The notes under the pieces are model-generated. The model was given only the letters and a program-made list of their open reading frames with translations, had not been told where the DNA came from and did not search any database. Below, piece by piece: positions 1 through 9,182 of a stretch of 32,000 bases of DNA; within the stretch, counting starts at the first letter, position 1; every line of letters begins with the position of its first letter. Source of the stretch: Delftia acidovorans NBRC 14950 (lineage in GTDB: Bacteria > Pseudomonadota > Gammaproteobacteria > Burkholderiales > Burkholderiaceae_C). The position numbers were made by a program, and so were the translations under genes. The stretch lies in the NCBI RefSeq assembly GCF_001598795.1, contig NZ_BCZP01000003.1:270001-302000 (forward strand). The letters run 5' to 3'.

Positions 1-186
1 GAGCGCGATCAGGGCCAGCAGCAACGCGATCGTGAACGCCAGCAACGCGACCGGGAACAGCAGCAGCGTGACCGCGAGCAGCAGCAACGCGCCATCGAGC
101 GCATGCAGCGCGAAAGCCAGGGCGGCGGCAACCCCTACCCCACGCAGGATCCGCGCCACTGGCGTTGAACGGCTGACCAGCGGCAT
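1..186 (-). CDS. Partial (N-terminal part only) hydrophobic membrane protein of unknown function; runs off the window start
   Basis: The minus-strand ATG at 186..184 opens a frame that stays open to position 1. My translation is MPLVSRSTPVARILRGVGVAAALAFALHALDGALLLLAVTLLLFPVALLAFTIALLLALIAL, which is Leu/Ala-rich and TM-like. It is absent from the ORF track because it has no stop inside the window. The start codon is uncertain. Confidence 0.3.
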   Translation of the reverse strand, partial: MPLVSRSTPVARILRGVGVAAALAFALHALDGALLLLAVTLLLFPVALLAFTIALLLALIAL

Positions 187-265
187 GTCCAGCCCCCTGC
201 GCTGCGCACCATAATCGGCAATGCACCACATCCCTGTGCCGCTTGTGATGGGAAAGGAAACCGCC

Positions 266-937
266 ATGCACCGCACCCAAGACCTTTGCCAGCGCCGGGC
301 GCTGGCGGCGCTTGTACCGATGCTTGCAACGCTGGTGATGGCACTCACCGCAGGCGCGGCCTCGGCCCAGGTCATCCGCTGCACGGACGCCAAGACCGGC
401 CGCGTCACCTACACCAACAGCAGTTGCAAGGACGGCGAAAACCGCGTGCAGGTGCAGGAAGCCCCCAGCCCCGAAGAGCTGGAACGCGAGCGCGCGCAGT
501 CCGCCGCCGCCATAGAGCGCAAGAACCAGCAACTGACCCGCGAAGAGGCCGAGCGCCGCGCACGCGCCCAGCAGCAGGAGCGCGAGGCGCGCAGCCGGCG
601 CGAGCGCGAGAACTCGGCCCAGCGCGACAGCGGCGACTCCCCTGCCTGCCAGCAGGCGCGCCGCCGTCTGGACACCATCCTGGCCGAGTCCAACCCCGAT
701 CCCGCCACCTGGGGCCCGCGCAGCCAGGCCGCCCAGCAGCAAATGGAAATGGCCTGCCTGGGCCCCAAGGCCTATGAGCAGCTGCAGCAATCGCGCGCAC
801 TGCAGCCCAATGCCATCAACCGGCCGTGGATCGTCGGGCGCCCCGTGCCGCCGCAGCCGCTGCCGCCTTCGGCGCCCATCTCGCACTGCAATGTGTTCCG
901 CTGCTACGACACCAACGGCGGCATCCATCCGCGCTGA
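266..937 (+). CDS. DUF4124-like secreted protein with a charged coiled-coil middle region
   Basis: This lies in the frame of track ORF 221..937. I chose the ATG at 266 because it is preceded by gggaaaggaaa (SD-like). The N-terminus has a signal-peptide-like ALAALVPMLATLVMALTAGAASAQ. VIRCTDAKTGRVTYTNSSCKDGE follows, typical of the DUF4124 Cys...Cys module. An E/R/Q-rich helix region comes after that. Confidence 0.6.
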   Translation: MHRTQDLCQRRALAALVPMLATLVMALTAGAASAQVIRCTDAKTGRVTYTNSSCKDGENRVQVQEAPSPEELERERAQSAAAIERKNQQLTREEAERRARAQQQEREARSRRERENSAQRDSGDSPACQQARRRLDTILAESNPDPATWGPRSQAAQQQMEMACLGPKAYEQLQQSRALQPNAINRPWIVGRPVPPQPLPPSAPISHCNVFRCYDTNGGIHPR

Positions 938-938
938 T

Positions 939-1958
939 TCACGCGCGCAGGCCCTGCTCCACGGTGGGGTAGCGCAGGCGCAGGCCCAGCTCGGCCTTCA
1001 GGCGCTGGTTGCGCAGGCGGCGTGACTCCCCCATGAAGCTCAGCAGGCTGGCCGGCAGTTCGCGCTGTGCCTGCTCGCGCGTGATGCGCGCGGGGCGCGG
1101 CAGGCCGTAGAGATCGGCCGCAAAGTCGAAATAGTCCCCCATGCGCAGCTGCGTATCGTCGCTGGCGTGGTAGATGCGCTGCGGCCGGCCGCGCCACAGC
1201 GCCCGCACGCAGGCGCGGGCCAGGTCGTCGGCATGGATGTGGTTGGTGTAGACATCCTCTGCGGCGCACAGCAGGGGCGTGCCGCGCAGCAGGCGCCCGC
1301 GCGGCGTGCCGTTTTCCCGGTCCGGCGCATAGATGCCCGGGATGCGCAAAATGCTGGCGCGCAGGCCGCCGCGCCCGGCAAAGCGCACGGCACGCTCGGC
1401 GTTCACGCGGCGCTGGGCACGCGCCGTGGCCGGTGCGGGCGGGCGGCTTTCGTCGATCCAGGCGCCCTCGCAGTTGCCATAGACGCCGGAGGTCGAGCCA
1501 TAGACCAGGCTCGCCGGCCGGCCGCGACGGCGCAGCACGCGCAGCAGGGCCGTGGTGCGCGGGTCCAGCCACCAGCCCTCTTCGCCAGCGGGCGGATTGG
1601 GCGGCGGCGCCAGGTGGACGACGCGCGTGGCCAGGCCGGCCAGACGGCGCAGCGTGGCTGGTGCGTCCAGATCGCCCAGCAGCGGCGTGATGCCGCGCCC
1701 GCGCAGATCCTGCAGGCGCTCGGCGCCACGCGTCAGGGCAAGCACGCGCGGGCCCCGTCGTGCGGCACCGGAGCGCGCGCCGGGCGCGCCCGCCAATGCA
1801 CCAGCCACGCGCAGCCCCACGTCGCCGCAGCCGACGATGAGCACGCGTTCGCGTCGAAAGCGCGCCGGCAGCGCGCCCAATGGGTTTTGGTTTGAGGGCA
1901 AAATCCTGGCCTGTTGCGAGGGCGGCCACCCGCGCGCCGCCGGTCGCGGCAGCGGCAT
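939..1958 (-). CDS. NAD-dependent epimerase/dehydratase (SDR superfamily) protein
   Basis: This is the C-terminal 339 aa of the 690-aa track ORF 939..3011, starting at ATG 1958 (MPLPRPAARG...). It has a Rossmann motif VLIVGCGDVGLRVAG, then LVYGSTSGVYG and HADDLARA, typical of extended-SDR-like proteins. The upstream part of the ORF is antisense shadow of the reductase gene. The exact start is uncertain. Confidence 0.65.
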   Translation of the reverse strand: MPLPRPAARGWPPSQQARILPSNQNPLGALPARFRRERVLIVGCGDVGLRVAGALAGAPGARSGAARRGPRVLALTRGAERLQDLRGRGITPLLGDLDAPATLRRLAGLATRVVHLAPPPNPPAGEEGWWLDPRTTALLRVLRRRGRPASLVYGSTSGVYGNCEGAWIDESRPPAPATARAQRRVNAERAVRFAGRGGLRASILRIPGIYAPDRENGTPRGRLLRGTPLLCAAEDVYTNHIHADDLARACVRALWRGRPQRIYHASDDTQLRMGDYFDFAADLYGLPRPARITREQAQRELPASLLSFMGESRRLRNQRLKAELGLRLRYPTVEQGLRA

Positions 1959-2027
1959 GTCCGTCCGGGAAAGAAGATCGCCGGCGCGCTCCACGCGCCC
2001 GCCAGCGCCCCCGAGGATACCGAGAAC

Positions 2028-3080
2028 ATGACCGAGATAGCCAACGCTTCCCACGAAATCACCGTACAGCCCAGCGGCCGCGCCTTCGCCACGCAGGGCA
2101 GCGAGACCATCCTGGCCGCCGCCATCCGCTCCGGCGTGGGCCTGCCCTATGGCTGCAAGGACGGTGCCTGCGGTTCCTGCAAGTGCAAGAAGCTCAGTGG
2201 CGATGTCACCCATGGTCCGCATGCCGACAAGGCGCTGACCGCCCAGGAAGAGGCCGACGGCTATGTGCTCACCTGCTGCGCCAGGCCAGCCACCTCGGTG
2301 GTGCTGGAGTCCCGCCAGGTCACCGATGCCAGCGCCTTTCCCATCAAGAAAATGCCCGTGCGCGTGGCCACGCTGGAGAAGAAGTCGCACGACGTGATGC
2401 AGGTGCGCCTGCAACTGCCCGCCGCAGACAAGTTCCGCTACCACGCAGGCCAGTACGTGGAGTTCATCCTGCGCGACGGCGCCCGCCGCGCCTACTCCAT
2501 GGCCACGGCCCCCCACGTGCAGGACACGGCGCCGGGGCTGGAGCTGCACATCCGCCACATGCCGGGCGGCAAGTTCACCGACCATGTGTTCGGCGCCATG
2601 AAGGAAAAGGAAATCCTGCGCGTGGAAGGCCCGTTCGGCAGCTTCTTCCTGCGCGAGGACAGCGACAAGCCCGTCATCCTGCTGGCCTCGGGCACGGGCT
2701 TCGCGCCCATCAAGGCGCTGCTGGAGCACATCCGCCACAAGGACATCCACCGCTCCGTCACCCTGTATTGGGGCGGCCGCCGCCCCGAAGACCTCTACAT
2801 GGATGCCTGGGTGCGCGAACAGGCCCAAGCCATGCCGCAGCTGTGCTACGTGCCCGTGGTCTCGGATGCCCTGCCCGAAGACGCCTGGACCGGCCGCACG
2901 GGCTTCGTGCACCAGGCCGTGCTGGACGATTTTGCCGACCTCTCGGGCCACCAGGTCTATGCCTGCGGCGCGCCCATCGTGGTCGATTCCGCGCACCAGG
3001 CCTATGTGCACCAGCGTGGCCTGCCCGACGAAGAGTTCTACGCCGACGCATTCACCACGGAAGCCGACAAGGCAGCCTGA
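2028..3080 (+). CDS. 2Fe-2S ferredoxin / FAD / NAD(P)H oxidoreductase (CDP-6-deoxy-delta-3,4-glucoseen reductase-like, FNR family)
   Basis: The protein starts MTEIANASHEITVQPSG. The plant-type ferredoxin Cys motif CKDGACGSCKC...LTCC is present. RAYSMA matches the RxYS FAD motif, and LASGTGFAPI matches the NAD(P) GTGxAP motif. The ATG at 2028 is in frame with track ORF 1914..3080. Confidence 0.8.
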   Translation: MTEIANASHEITVQPSGRAFATQGSETILAAAIRSGVGLPYGCKDGACGSCKCKKLSGDVTHGPHADKALTAQEEADGYVLTCCARPATSVVLESRQVTDASAFPIKKMPVRVATLEKKSHDVMQVRLQLPAADKFRYHAGQYVEFILRDGARRAYSMATAPHVQDTAPGLELHIRHMPGGKFTDHVFGAMKEKEILRVEGPFGSFFLREDSDKPVILLASGTGFAPIKALLEHIRHKDIHRSVTLYWGGRRPEDLYMDAWVREQAQAMPQLCYVPVVSDALPEDAWTGRTGFVHQAVLDDFADLSGHQVYACGAPIVVDSAHQAYVHQRGLPDEEFYADAFTTEADKAA

Positions 3081-3171
3081 AGCCAGGGCAGATCAATCAA
3101 TACGCAGAAAAACTGCTCTGCATACCTGCGCGCAGCCAGGTGTCGCAATTTTTTTGCACAATAGCGCCCCT

Positions 3172-4140
3172 ATGAACCGTAGAAACAGCCTTCTCTCGGT
3201 CATGGCGGCCGCTGCTGCCCTGGCCTCCCCGCTTGCCCTGGCGCAAGAGCCCATCCGCCTGATCGTGCCCTATGCGCCCGGCGGTCCGCTGGACATCACC
3301 TCGCGCGCGCTGGCCGAGCGGGTGCGTGATTCCCTGGGAGTGGTGATCATCGACAACAAGGCTGGCGCCGGCGGCAACATCGGCGCCGACGCCATTGCCC
3401 GTGCCACGCCGGACGGCATGACCATCGGCTTGGCCGCCACGGCCACCCATGCCGTCAATCCCTGGCTGTACGCCAAGATGCCCTATGACGCGGGCAAGGA
3501 CTTCGCCGGCATCACCCAGATGGTGCGCGTGCCCAATGTGCTGGTGATGAACGCGGCCCGTGCCGAGCAGCTCAAGATCCACAGCGTGGCCGACCTGATC
3601 GCCTACGCCAAGGCCAACCCCGGCAAGCTCAACTACGGCAGCGGCGGCAACGGCAGCGCGGGCCACCTGGCCGGCGAAATGCTCAAGCAAAAGGCCGGCA
3701 TCTTCGCCCTTCACGTGCCCTACCGCGGCGCCAACCCGGCCCAGCTGGCCCTGCTGTCGGGCGAGGTGGACTTCAACATCGACAACCTGGCTGCCGCGGC
3801 GCCCAACATCCGCTCGGGCAAGCTCAAGGCGCTGGCCGTGACCACGCTGAACCCCACCACGCTGCTGCCCGGCGTGCCCGCACTGTCCAAGACCTTCCCC
3901 GGCTTTGCCATCGACACTTGGTGGGGCCTGGTGGCCCCGGCCGGCACGCCCAAGCCCGTGCTGGACAAGCTGAGTAAGGCCTTTGGCGATGCACTGGCCG
4001 CGCCCGAGACCAAGACCCGCTTCGAGACCCTGATGGCCGAGCCCGTGTCCTCCACACCCGCCGAATTCGACAGGTTCATGGCCGCCGAGCGTGCCAAGTA
4101 CCAGCCCATCGTCAAGGCCTCCGGAGCGAAGGTGGACTGA
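3172..4140 (+). CDS. Bug-family (TctC-like) tripartite tricarboxylate transporter substrate-binding protein, orphan
   Basis: MNRRNSLLSVMAAAAALASPLALAQ is a signal peptide. EPIRLIVPYAPGGPLDITSRALAERV...IDNKAGAGGNIGAD is the characteristic Bug/TctC N-terminal signature. No tctA/tctB genes are adjacent. Confidence 0.85.
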   Translation: MNRRNSLLSVMAAAAALASPLALAQEPIRLIVPYAPGGPLDITSRALAERVRDSLGVVIIDNKAGAGGNIGADAIARATPDGMTIGLAATATHAVNPWLYAKMPYDAGKDFAGITQMVRVPNVLVMNAARAEQLKIHSVADLIAYAKANPGKLNYGSGGNGSAGHLAGEMLKQKAGIFALHVPYRGANPAQLALLSGEVDFNIDNLAAAAPNIRSGKLKALAVTTLNPTTLLPGVPALSKTFPGFAIDTWWGLVAPAGTPKPVLDKLSKAFGDALAAPETKTRFETLMAEPVSSTPAEFDRFMAAERAKYQPIVKASGAKVD

Positions 4141-4165
4141 GCCGATCCACCACGTCCCGCCTGGC

Positions 4166-4203
4166 AAAAAGCCGCAGCCGCCCTCAGGGCGCTGCGGCTT
4201 TTT
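4166..4203. terminator. Bidirectional rho-independent terminator between the Bug gene and folK
   Basis: The sequence reads aaaaa-gccgcagc(c)gccc-tca-gggc-gctgcggc-ttttt. The GC-rich stem spans 4171-4198, flanked by an A5 run on one side and a T5 run on the other. Confidence 0.8.
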
Positions 4204-4224
4204 CATTCAGGCCACTTTCGGGAT

Positions 4225-4722
4225 TCAGGCTTGTCGGAGATGCCAGCCAGGCTTGTGCGCCACGCGGATGCCCTGCCCCGCCACGGCCTGCAGTTGCGCG
4301 GGCGTGACGCGCTCAGGCGCGATCTCGGCCAGCGGCACCAGCACGAAGGCGCGCTCGTGCATGCGCGGGTGCGGCACGCTCAGGCGCGGCAGCGCAATGC
4401 GCTCGTCGTCCCACAGTTCGATGTCCAGGTCCAGCGTGCGCGGCGCGTTGCGGTAGGGACGCTCGCGGCCGGCCGCCAGCTCGATGGCCTGCAGCGCATC
4501 GAGCAGCGCCAGCGGCTGCAGCGTGGTGTGCACGGCGGCCACGGCGTTCAAGTAGTCCGGGCCGCTGGAATCGACGGGTGCCGTGCTGTAGAGGGAGGAC
4601 ACGGCCACAAGGCGCGTGCCCGGCAGGCCGCCAATGGCCTGCAGCGCCTGGGCCAGCGCCTGGCCCCGGTCGCCCAGATTGGCGCCCAGGCCAATGGCGA
4701 CCCAGTGCCCCGGCTCAGTCAT
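4225..4722 (-). CDS. folK: 2-amino-4-hydroxy-6-hydroxymethyldihydropteridine diphosphokinase (HPPK)
   Basis: The protein reads MTEPGHWVAIGLGANLGDR...SSLYSTAPV...PRTLDLDI...LSVPHPRMHERAFVLVPLAEI, which carries canonical HPPK motifs. The start at 4722 overlaps the pcnB stop by 8 nt (ATGACTGA). The pcnB-folK order is classical. Confidence 0.9.
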   Translation of the reverse strand: MTEPGHWVAIGLGANLGDRGQALAQALQAIGGLPGTRLVAVSSLYSTAPVDSSGPDYLNAVAAVHTTLQPLALLDALQAIELAAGRERPYRNAPRTLDLDIELWDDERIALPRLSVPHPRMHERAFVLVPLAEIAPERVTPAQLQAVAGQGIRVAHKPGWHLRQA

Positions 4723-6304
4723 CCCCGCCCACGGCGCCATCACCACCGCCCTGTGGCTTGCGGCGACGGCGGCGGCGCTTCTTGGGCGCTGACCCTTCCT
4801 CACCCTCCACCTGGGGCAAGGCGGCGGCAGGTGCGTCGGCCTGCTGCGCTTCGCCAGCGCCGGCGTCCTCGCGCGCAGGGCGGGCCTTGGCCACGCGGTG
4901 CACCTTGGGCTCGGCGCTGCGCTGGCGGGCGCGCTGCTCGTCGCGGGCCTGGGCGATCAGGTCGTCGCGGCGCGCGTCGTCGGCGTTCTGGAATTCCTGC
5001 CACCAGCTGGCCAGGCTTTCATCGACCTCGCCGATGTCGGCGCGCAGGCGCATGAAGTCGAAGCCCGCGCGAAAGCGCGGCTGGGCCACCAGGCTGAATG
5101 GCGTGGCGCCCGTGCGCTTGTCAAAGCGCGGCTGCATGACCCAGATCTCGCGCATGTCGGCGGCCAGCTTGCCGCGGCCCGACACATCGCCGATGCGCTG
5201 GTCGAACACTTCGTCGATGGATTCCTGCAGCGCGGGGAAGGGGTGCTGGCGCTGGTTCAGGCGGCGCTCCCAGCCGGTCTTGACGTCATGCCACAGCACG
5301 CAGGCCAGCAGGAAGCTGGGCGCCACGGGCTTGCCTTCCTCGACACGGCGGTCGGTATCGGTCAGCGCGGCGCGCACAAAGGGCTGCTCCGCGCGCTCGA
5401 CCACCACATCCAGCAGCGAGTAGATGCCGCGTGCCAGGCCCAGGCCGCGCAACTGCTCCACCGAGGCCAGCGCGTGGCCGGTCTGCAGCAGCTTGAGCAT
5501 TTCATCGAACAGGCGGCTTTGCGGCACATCGGCCAGCAGCGGCTCGCACTCCACCAGGGGCTTGGCGGTCTTGGGCTCGATCTTGAAGCCCTTGCCTGCC
5601 AGCTTGGCCGCGAAGCGCACGGCGCGGATGATGCGCACCGGGTCTTCGCGGTAGCGCGTGGCCGGGTCGCCGATCATGCGCAGCATGCGCTTCTTGGCGT
5701 CGTCGATGCCCTTGTGATAGTCCACCACGATCTGCGTGCGCGGGTCGTAGTACATGGCGTTGATGGTGAAGTCGCGGCGCGTGGCGTCCTGGTCCTGCGG
5801 GCCCCAGACGTTGTCGCGCAGCACGCGGCCGCTGGCGTCCACCGCATGGTGCATGCCGGCGAGCTGGGCCTTGCTGGTGCGCTCGTTGCCGCTCACGGCC
5901 TCGGCCGCGCTGTTGTCCAGGAAGGCGCGGAAGGTGGAGACTTCGATGACCTCGTTCTCGCGCCCGCGGCCATAGACCACGTGCACGATGCGAAAGCGCT
6001 TGCCGATGATGAAGGCGCGGCGGAACAGGCCCTTGACCTGCTCGGGCGTGGCATTGGTGGCCACGTCGAAGTCCTTGGGGCGCAGGCCCAGCAGCAGGTC
6101 GCGCACGGCGCCGCCGACGATGTAGGCCTCGTAGCCCGCGTCCTGCAGCGTCTCGACCACGTCGATGGCACGCCGGTCCACCAGGTTGGGGTCGATGCCG
6201 TGCACCTGCACGGGCACTTCCTGGCGCTTGCCGAAGGGGGACTTGCGGGCGCGGGGGGCAGCCGAGGTCTTGCCCAGCAGCTTGTCGATGATGTTCTTGA
6301 TCAT
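4715..6304 (-). CDS. pcnB: Poly(A) polymerase I
   Basis: The protein reads MIKNIIDKLL...HGIDPNLVDRRAIDVVETLQDAGYEAYIVGGAVRDLLLGLRPKDFDVATNATPEQV...RRDFTINAMYYD, the nucleotidyltransferase/CCA-PAP head domain. The C-terminal tail is Arg-rich. The ATG at 6304 overlaps the upstream HAD stop (ATGA). Confidence 0.9.
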   Translation of the reverse strand: MIKNIIDKLLGKTSAAPRARKSPFGKRQEVPVQVHGIDPNLVDRRAIDVVETLQDAGYEAYIVGGAVRDLLLGLRPKDFDVATNATPEQVKGLFRRAFIIGKRFRIVHVVYGRGRENEVIEVSTFRAFLDNSAAEAVSGNERTSKAQLAGMHHAVDASGRVLRDNVWGPQDQDATRRDFTINAMYYDPRTQIVVDYHKGIDDAKKRMLRMIGDPATRYREDPVRIIRAVRFAAKLAGKGFKIEPKTAKPLVECEPLLADVPQSRLFDEMLKLLQTGHALASVEQLRGLGLARGIYSLLDVVVERAEQPFVRAALTDTDRRVEEGKPVAPSFLLACVLWHDVKTGWERRLNQRQHPFPALQESIDEVFDQRIGDVSGRGKLAADMREIWVMQPRFDKRTGATPFSLVAQPRFRAGFDFMRLRADIGEVDESLASWWQEFQNADDARRDDLIAQARDEQRARQRSAEPKVHRVAKARPAREDAGAGEAQQADAPAAALPQVEGEEGSAPKKRRRRRRKPQGGGDGAVGGDD

Positions 6305-7002
6305 GGTGCTTCGCCAAACAGGTCCAGAATGCGCCAGCCACGTTCCTGGGCCAGGGCGCGCAGCCGTGCGTCGGGGTTGGTGGCCACAGGGTGGTCCACG
6401 CGTTCGAGCAGGGGCACGTCGTTCCAGGAGTCGCTGTAGAAGAAGCTCTCCACGCCGCCCCAGTCCAGGCCACGCGCATCCAGCCACTGCTGCATGCGCT
6501 GGACCTTGCCGTCGCGCATGCTGGGCGTTCCACGGATCTCGCCCGTGAACCAGCCCTGGGCGTCGCGCTCCAGTTCCACGGCAATCAGCTCCTGCACGCC
6601 CAGTGCGGCGGCAATGGGGCGCGTCACGAACTCGTTGGTGGCCGTGACGATGATGATCTGGTCGCCCGCCTGCTGGTGCGTGCGCAGCAGCTCCAGTGCC
6701 TGGGGACGGATCGCGGGGGTGATCACCTCGCGCATGAAGCGCTCATGCGCCTCGCCGGCCTGTTGCGCGCCACGGCCGCAGAAGGCCTCGGTGGCAAAGC
6801 GCACATAGTCGTGCACGTCGAGCGTGCCGGCCTGGTAGTGCGCGAAGAACTCGGCGTTGCGGCGGCCGAACTCGGCCGGATCGGTCCAGCCGATGCGCGT
6901 CGTGAACTCGCCCCACTCGTAGTCCGAATCGAGCGGCAGCAGCGTATGGTCCAGGTCGAACAACGCCAGCCGGGGCCGGAGTTGCTTCTGATCAGAGGTC
7001 AT
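6301..7002 (-). CDS. HAD-IB family hydrolase (phosphoserine-phosphatase-like)
   Basis: MTSDQKQLRPRLALFDLDHTLL carries HAD motif I, DxDxT. IIIVTATNEF matches motif II. FYSDSWNDVPLL matches motif IV. The stop overlaps the pcnB start. Confidence 0.8.
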   Translation of the reverse strand: MTSDQKQLRPRLALFDLDHTLLPLDSDYEWGEFTTRIGWTDPAEFGRRNAEFFAHYQAGTLDVHDYVRFATEAFCGRGAQQAGEAHERFMREVITPAIRPQALELLRTHQQAGDQIIIVTATNEFVTRPIAAALGVQELIAVELERDAQGWFTGEIRGTPSMRDGKVQRMQQWLDARGLDWGGVESFFYSDSWNDVPLLERVDHPVATNPDARLRALAQERGWRILDLFGEAP

Positions 7003-7090
7003 GCATATCCTAAAAAAATGGGTCCCGCGCTGCCCTTGCAACGCAGGCTCCGCCGGCTCCCGCAGTCCCTGCCCACACGAGAATGTGGGC

Positions 7091-7798
7091 TCATTCGGTT
7101 TCCAGCATCGTCTTGAGCAACGGGATGGTGATGGCGCGCTTGTTGCGAAGCGCAAAGCCGTCGAGCATGTCGAGCAGCTGCATCAGGCTGCCCAGGTCGC
7201 GTGAGAAGCGCTTGAGCATGTAGTCCATCACATCGTCGCCCAGAAAAACGCCACGGGCATCGGCCTCCTGGCGCAGCACCGCGCGGCGCGCGGTTTCATC
7301 GAGCAGTTGCAGCTGGAACACATGGCCCCAGCCCAGCCGCGTGCGCAGATCCTCGCGCAGCTTGAGGTCGGCCGGCGGCAGGGGGCCGGCTCCCAGCACC
7401 CAGCGCGGCGAGCCCGTGGCCGGGCTCGTCGCATTCACGAACCAGTTGAAGGCACGCGCCTGCTGCAGCGGAGTGTAGATGTCCACGTCGTCCATCAGCA
7501 CCGCCGCCCAGCGCTCGTCGAACGGCGGCGGGAACAGGGTGGATGCATCCATCCAGCCCACCATGGCGCCCTGCTCGCGCAGCGCCTCGCGCACGGCCTT
7601 GAGCAGGTGGGTCTTGCCCGAGCCCGACTCGCCCCAAAGATAGGTGGGCACCGGCGTGCGGGCGGTCTGCATGCGGCCGTCGCCCACCCAGTGGCGCAGA
7701 TGATCGATCACTGCGGCATTGGGACCGACGAAAAAGCGCGACAGCGTCGGACTCGACGCCATGCTGATATCCAGAGCCAGCTGCTTCATCTGCGACAT
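7091..7798 (-). CDS. hda: DnaA regulatory inactivator Hda
   Basis: The N-terminal [11 protein letters not shown] contains a QLxLx beta-clamp-binding-like motif. [15 protein letters not shown] is a Walker A motif. LMDDVD is Walker B-like. The DnaA domain III-like C-terminal half reads [18 protein letters not shown]...[18 protein letters not shown]. The start could also be the Met 3 codons downstream. Confidence 0.85.
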   Translation of the reverse strand: MSQMKQLALDISMASSPTLSRFFVGPNAAVIDHLRHWVGDGRMQTARTPVPTYLWGESGSGKTHLLKAVREALREQGAMVGWMDASTLFPPPFDERWAAVLMDDVDIYTPLQQARAFNWFVNATSPATGSPRWVLGAGPLPPADLKLREDLRTRLGWGHVFQLQLLDETARRAVLRQEADARGVFLGDDVMDYMLKRFSRDLGSLMQLLDMLDGFALRNKRAITIPLLKTMLETE

Positions 7799-8060
7799 AC
7801 GCGCAGCGCCCCCTTTCCTGTGTCCAGGCGGGTCCATGCGGCAAAAGCAGGCAGAGGAATCGGCAACGGCATTGGGTTGAGAGCAAAGACAGGCCCGCCT
7901 CGGCGCAGCGCTGCGGCAAGGCGGACAACGCCCGGGAGCTCCCGGGCGGACGAGGGATTTTAGTCTGCGCGGCGCCCGGCACGGCGGCAGCCGGCCCGCA
8001 TGTGCAACGAAAGCCCCCTCGAAGCCCACTGGCGCGCGCGCCTGCCGGCGGCCAGCGCCG

Positions 8061-8066
8061 TAGAAT
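8061..8066 (+). promoter_or_regulatory. Candidate -10 hexamer (TAGAAT) for purM
   Basis: The hexamer is an AT island (gccgTAGAATcccggg) in GC-rich intergenic DNA, 47 nt upstream of the purM ATG. I could find no convincing -35. The same TAGAAT/TATAAT-ccc pattern recurs upstream of rpsT and argD. Confidence 0.35.
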
Positions 8067-8112
8067 CCCGGGGTTCCAGCCCGGCATCGGGCCTACCGCA
8101 CCGTACCCATCC

Positions 8113-9165
8113 ATGAGCTCTTCTGCCCCCTCCTCTACCCCGATTTCCTACAAAGACGCCGGCGTCGACATCGTCGCTGGCGATGCGCTGGTCGAGCGCA
8201 TCAAGCCGCTGGCCAAGAAGACCATGCGCGAAGGCGTGATGGCCGGCATCGGAGGCTTCGGCGCGCTGTTCGAGGTGCCCAAACGCTACAAGGAGCCCGT
8301 GCTGGTCTCGGGCACCGATGGCGTGGGCACCAAGCTCAAGCTGGCCTTCGAGTGGAACATGCACGACACCGTGGGCATCGACCTGGTGGCCATGAGCGTC
8401 AACGACGTGCTGGTCCAGGGCGCCGAGCCCCTGTTCTTCCTCGACTATTTCGCCTGCGGCAAGCTGGACGTGGACACGGCCGCTGCCGTGGTCGGCGGCA
8501 TTGCACGCGGCTGCGAGCTGTCGGGCTGCGCACTGATCGGCGGTGAAACCGCCGAAATGCCCGGCATGTACCCGGCCGGTGAATACGACCTGGCGGGCTT
8601 TGCCGTCGGCGCCGTCGAAAAATCCAAGATCCTCACGGGCCAGAGCGTGGCCGCAGGCGACGTGGTGCTGGGTCTGGCCTCGGCCGGCGTGCACTCCAAT
8701 GGCTTTTCCCTGGTGCGCAAGTGCATCGAGCGCGCCGAAGCCCAGGGCAGCCTGCCCGAATCGCTGGACGGCAAGCCGTTCAAGCAAGCCATCATGGAAC
8801 CCACGCGCCTGTACGTGAAGAACGTGCTGGCGGCGCTGGAGCAGCACCCCATCAAGGCGCTGGCCCACATCACCGGCGGCGGCCTGCTGGAGAACATCCC
8901 CCGCGTGCTGCCCGAGGGCCTGGCCGCCCACCTGGATGCCGGCAGCTGGCCCCAGACCGAGCTGTTCGCCTGGCTGCAGAAGACGGCCGGCATCGACGCC
9001 GTGGAAATGAACCGCACCTTCAACAACGGCATCGGCATGGTCGTTGTCGTGCCTGCAGAGGCTGCCGAAGCCACGGCCGCCACGCTCAAGCAGCTGGGCG
9101 AGACGGTCTACACCATCGGACGCATCGCCGCACGCGGCGAGGGCGAGCCTGTCGAGGTCCGCTGA
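8113..9165 (+). CDS. purM: Phosphoribosylformylglycinamidine cyclo-ligase (AIR synthetase)
   Basis: The protein reads [31 protein letters not shown]...GIGGFGALF...[15 protein letters not shown]...[25 protein letters not shown]...[10 protein letters not shown], which carries canonical PurM motifs. Confidence 0.95.
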   Translation: MSSSAPSSTPISYKDAGVDIVAGDALVERIKPLAKKTMREGVMAGIGGFGALFEVPKRYKEPVLVSGTDGVGTKLKLAFEWNMHDTVGIDLVAMSVNDVLVQGAEPLFFLDYFACGKLDVDTAAAVVGGIARGCELSGCALIGGETAEMPGMYPAGEYDLAGFAVGAVEKSKILTGQSVAAGDVVLGLASAGVHSNGFSLVRKCIERAEAQGSLPESLDGKPFKQAIMEPTRLYVKNVLAALEQHPIKALAHITGGGLLENIPRVLPEGLAAHLDAGSWPQTELFAWLQKTAGIDAVEMNRTFNNGIGMVVVVPAEAAEATAATLKQLGETVYTIGRIAARGEGEPVEVR

Positions 9166-9182
9166 CCACGGGCCCGCAGCGA

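Noticed and set aside
939-3011. The 690-aa minus-strand ORF could be read as one large gene.
   Set aside because: Only the C-terminal 339 aa (from ATG 1958) shows protein-family features (Rossmann/SDR). The N-terminal half is antisense to the well-supported 2Fe-2S reductase gene and has the Gly/Ala/His/Val-rich composition of a high-GC shadow frame.
7931-7946. CCCGGGAGCTCCCGGG (SmaI-SacI-SmaI-like) here, and CCTGCAGG twice in the terminator at 16275-16307, could be cloning scars or an engineered polylinker.
   Set aside because: Both sit in otherwise native-looking intergenic contexts with no vector-like flanks. The CCTGCAGG copies are simply the two arms of a terminator stem, and GC-rich palindromic hexamers and octamers are expected in this base composition.
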